This document shows positions 59,700 to 64,000 of a stretch of 64,000 bases of DNA, piece by piece (the stretch's first letter is position 1; each line of letters begins with the position of its first letter). The stretch lies in assembly GCF_009914755.1 (NCBI RefSeq), contig NC_060938.1; one strand, 5' to 3'. The stretch comes from the human T2T-CHM13v2.0 reference genome, Homo sapiens. A program made the translations under genes and the position numbers. The notes beneath the pieces were generated by a model. The model was not told where the DNA came from and searched no databases. It worked only from the letters and a program-made list of their open reading frames with translations.

Positions 59700-60138
59700 C
59701 CTTTGCTCTTCCAAATTACTCTTCAGCCTTCCCTACCCTGCTCTGTGTTCATGAAACTGACGTGTGTGAATTCTAACTTAGAGTTTTCTTTCTACTGGCT
59801 CCTGGTTGTTTGGCTGTCAAGAGAAACTTCTGGAGGAATGATGGCAGGAAAAGGTATCTGAGGAAGAGAGAAGTAAGGTACTTGTTTCCCTGGCTTCCTC
59901 TCTCCAAGCTGACTGCATCTGCCCACCAGAGGTCACATTTCTTGTCAAGTGTTCTCTCCACACAGTTTTCCCTCCAGATTCCTGCAAACTCTTATTTCCC
60001 TCCATCCTTTCAGGCATAGTCTGTAGGTTACTGCCTTCCTTTTCAATTTTCCTATAACCTGCCCACATCTATTCAAATAGTGCTTGTTTTAGACATTCCT
60101 CAAATTACCAAATTTGAGTGTCATCTTTTTTCTGCAGG
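59700..60138 (-). mobile_element. LTR33-like ERVL LTR
   Basis: ccttccctaccctgctctgtg...ctggctcctggttgtttggc...tttgagtgtcatct...ctgcagga. Confidence 0.5.
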
Positions 60139-60689
60139 AAAAAAGATGATATATACACATGGTATCTTTTTTACCTTGCTGATGCATGATGATATATACA
60201 CATGAGTGATATATACACATGGTATCTTTTTTACCTGGCTGATGCATGCCATTTTTATGGAAAAACTGCTATATTTAAAGTGAGGAAAATTATTTTGGTA
60301 TCAAAGTGTCTGAAACACTGTTGTTGCTTGATTTGCTAACTATAATTGTCCGAACCCTTCTCTATGTGTAGATATATCCTAAAACCAAGTCAGTAAAAAC
60401 AGGTCCTTCTGAGTCCTATCTGAGTTTATTTTACCATTGTCAGCTTTCTTTTTGCTCTCAGTGGGCCCATGAGTGATAACTATCTCCACAGTTAGACATC
60501 AGTAAGCCATGCCATTTACCTGATTTGTCAACAGACATTTGTGAAGCATGTTTGTGTGTGTGTGGCATTGAACTAGATGCTGAGAATAAAAAGGTAGAGA
60601 AAGATTAACATGATTCCAAGGGTATCCAAAGCAGCCTGTATGCCCACCAATACAACAATAATAAAATGTGAATACCGATAATAAATGTA

Positions 60690-60920
60690 ATAATACCTAA
60701 CACTTAACATAGCTCTGAGTACAATAAGACATTTATATAGTTTGAGTGCTTTATCTTAACTCATTCAATCTTCCCAACAACCTTATGAAAAGCTACTGTT
60801 ATTATCTCTATTTGACAAATAAGAAAAAGATGACAAAGTCAGGCTAGATGAGTCTGTTCATGTTCACATGTAATTAAGTGGTGAGAGTGGATTTTTAGTC
60901 TATGTAGTCTGGTCACAGAG
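60690..60920 (-). mobile_element. MIR fragment
   Basis: aactcattcaatcttcccaacaaccttatga...tgttattatctctatttgacaaataagaaaa. Confidence 0.65.
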
Positions 60921-61149
60921 AAAGTATAATTAAAAAATGACAAGGAGATGTGCAATAGGAGGGCTTGGCTCAATTGAGATCCAAAGAGCAAAAAAGTAAA
61001 GAGAGAAGAGTGTTTCAGAAGGGAAGAACTTGTGCAAAGATACTCTTAAATTGTCTTGACGCTGTTTCATCAGAGCAGACGACATACAAAAAGGCCAGTC
61101 AAAATGGAGTTGTTAAGAGGTGGTCTGTACAAATACATCAGTTAAGTAC

Positions 61150-61655
61150 ACGCACTTATATTTTCTTTGCTGTGCTATTCACAATAACAAAGACATGAAC
61201 TCAACCTAGGTATCCATTAGTGGTGGATTGGATAAAGAAAATGTGGTACATACAGGTACCAAGGAACACTATGCAGTCATAATAAAGAATCAAATTATGT
61301 CCTTTTAAGCAACATGGATTAAGCTGAAGTCCATAATCCTAAGTGAATTAATGCAGAAACAGAAAATCAAATACCACATGTTCTCACTAATGAATAAGAG
61401 CTGGACATTGAGTTTACATGGACATGTAGATGGAAGCAATAGACACCGGGGACTAAGAGAGGGGAGAGAGAGGTGGGGAAGGGTTGAAAAACTACCTATT
61501 GGATCCTATGCTAACTCCCTGGATGACAGGATCCATACCCCCAAACTCAGGATTATGCAATATACCTATGTAACAAACCTGCACATGTATCCCCCCATAT
61601 CTAAAATAAACACTAAAATTTAATTAAAAAATAAATTTAAAAAACTGAAAAAATA
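61150..61655 (+). mobile_element. Older L1PA/L1PB 3' fragment
   Basis: ctattcacaataacaaagacatg, aatgcagaaacagaaaatcaaataccacatgttctcac, tatacctatgtaacaaacctgcacatgta, A-rich tail. Confidence 0.85.
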
Positions 61656-63221
61656 TATCAGTCATTGACTTTATTGCCCTGATAAGTAGCAATGGCAACT
61701 TCACATGTTGACTTAAAACTTTGATTGTCAACCTTTGGTGTTTGCAGGATACTTAAAAAAACTGGATTATTTAATGACACTCTTGAAGGAATTAAAGTAT
61801 AAAAAAGTTATAGAATATTGAAAACATATTTCCATACTTATTGAATTAGTTGTTTTTAATTTGAGGAGAACCAAAAAACTCTTTACTGTCCTGACCATAT
61901 TCTCTGATACAGTCATAATGCAAATTTCTTACAATTTCTGGCATATAGGGCATCTTTCTTTAACACTAGCATGCCTTTACATGAAGCCTTATCACTTCTT
62001 TGCAGCAACTTGTTCCTCAACTCACTGAGTGTGCATTGTTCTGCCAGAGACATCACTGTAAGAGTATGTCATGTCAAATGTAGCAAAAATTGTTTTTATA
62101 TGGTATCAGTTATAAAGTGCCTTTGAGGACTGTTTCTTGCTTCCGTGAGAATGCTGACAAGCAGAGTAAACTAAGTGCTCCAATTTCTAAGTTCAGAAAA
62201 TTACCCATTTTAGTCAGCTTCTGCAGGGCCTTCTAGGACAGGGCACAGCAAAAACACAACTTCTGAAAACCCCAATCCCCTGGACCACATCTAGAGGACT
62301 ACAGAAGGTAAGAGGGAGAATTCTCAAAGTTGTAGTTATCCATAATCCTACCCCTTCTTATCAAGAGGAGGAGAAAGGCATTGAACTCTCTCTCATCCCT
62401 GCCTTTTACAGATGGTCCTGGAATATGGAGAAAAGGAAAGGAGAAAAAGGGCTAAGGTGCCAGAGGAAATTCCCAAAGCAGCCTGCATTCCCTCATAAAT
62501 CAAATGTATAACATGGAACTCACCTGACACTTATATCATCTTTTCAGTGCTCCAATGGTCATACCCACAAAGAAAAGGGATCCAGGCAACAAGAGGATGG
62601 AGGGTAGATTGGTCTTGGACCAGGAGTTTAGGACAAGGTGATGTTGAGGACTTTGAGACAAGAGTGTACATTTTAGTTATTGAATTACATCACAGAAATA
62701 ATCACACCAGCCTATATTTTTCACCAAAAATGAATGAAAAGAAAATTATGTCTGTTCTAGGCAGATGGAGGTCAAAGGCTGCTCTAGATCCAGAATCTTA
62801 ACCTATATCAAGATTCATGTTCATGCATAGCTTTATTGAAATTCTTGGCTCAAATTGACTTACTTCCCTAATGTCAAAATTTGAGAGCCCATTTGTAAAA
62901 TGGCTTAGTGTAATGCACTGTGGATGATCAATCAAGAGTCACTAGTCTGTGTTCTTATTGGAGAAAATAATATTGCTTTTCTGTGTACATCTGTGTAAGA
63001 AATTTCACTTAGACATGAATGCTAAGAAAAACTACAATCCTTTCCAAGCAATAGACATATCCTTTTATGTTTCATAAAATTATCTCTTCATCTGGAATAG
63101 TAGAAGTTTTTATTCAGGCTTGCTTTATGCTTTCTCAAAGCTACAGTTATGTTTAACATATTTGCTTTATTTCTATTCCAATGCCTTTGTCATATTTTAT
63201 GTTAACATTTTGTGTTGAACT

Positions 63222-63237
63222 ATCTAGCCTATCTACC

Positions 63238-63287
<50 letters not shown>

Positions 63288-63295
63288 GTCTGTCT
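63222..63295. repeat. (TCTA)n/(TCTG)n tetranucleotide STR
   Basis: Directly visible. Confidence 0.95.
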
Positions 63296-64000
63296 ATTTT
63301 ATTATACCAAAATCTTCCTGCAAGTGTTGATGTCTAAATAAATTTGATAATGTTTATTAGATAACCTTCATATGTAATTGATTTGCTCATCTATTATCCA
63401 TAGAACTTGGAAACATATTTGTAGATAAAAGTTACAGATGTATAAATACATTGATAGATAATGCAGTTATATAAAAGTATATATATTAAATTTTAACCAT
63501 ATAAACATGTAACCAGACATATACAGATTTTAGTAAATTTCTTTTGACTTTTTATTTTTAAATGTGAACAAAAATAGTTGGTGATGATGGTGTCTGAATC
63601 TGTGGTCCCAATTGTAATCTCACAACTCCAAGTTCCCAACACAGTTGGAAACATCATTTATCTACCGAATTCTTCTGTTGGTGTTTTTCTCCCAGGGAAG
63701 CAGAGAAAATAAAGAGTTTTCTGCTTTTAATGTTTCTGCTTTTTATGTTTGTCACAGTGCTCTGCTTTTAGCAAACACCCTGATACACTAAAAGTTTGCT
63801 TTTTATTTAACCTTAAAAATTTCTTTGGTAAGCTTGTCCTAAAAACTTGACCCAGAATTATACAAATGCCATTCAAACATCTATTTGTGCATCTCTTTTT
63901 TTTCACTTCAACTGAAAATATACTTTCTCTAAAATGTACATTTGCAATAGGAATATATTACTGATGGTGGAAATAAATTTCCATGTAAATTCATATTGTC

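Overview
Human genomic DNA, as shown by an L1HS Ta-1d element with human-specific diagnostic bases. No intact protein-coding gene is present. The layout fits a pericentromeric-type segmental-duplication mosaic. (i) 1-40.8 kb is rich in Alu, L1 and LTR fragments. It holds an orphan, disabled TRIM43-like RING/B-box exon (18832-19140), a full-length but doubly inactivated L1HS Ta-1d with a 19-bp TSD and intact ORF0 (23114-29146), and two phase-compatible minus-strand exons of a gene I cannot identify (35981-36056, 33356-33492). (ii) 40.8-55.0 kb is a composite repeat hub: a 3.4-kb almost G-free CATTT/CATCT satellite, about 5.3 kb of CAGGG-type G-rich repeat with strand switches, REP522-like sequence split by an internal L1 fragment, and an interstitial TAR1 (TERRA-promoter-type) CpG island with an 8x26-bp VNTR but no TTAGGG array. 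(iii) From about 55.07 kb there is an abrupt switch to Alu-free, AT-rich DNA with ancient repeats. The long ORFs in the satellite, CAGGG and TAR1 blocks are low-complexity artefacts. I see no clearly novel biological system. The best leads are the hub architecture, the unidentified exon chain and the young L1. Repeat subfamily calls were made by eye from remembered consensus sequences and need RepeatMasker/Dfam confirmation.
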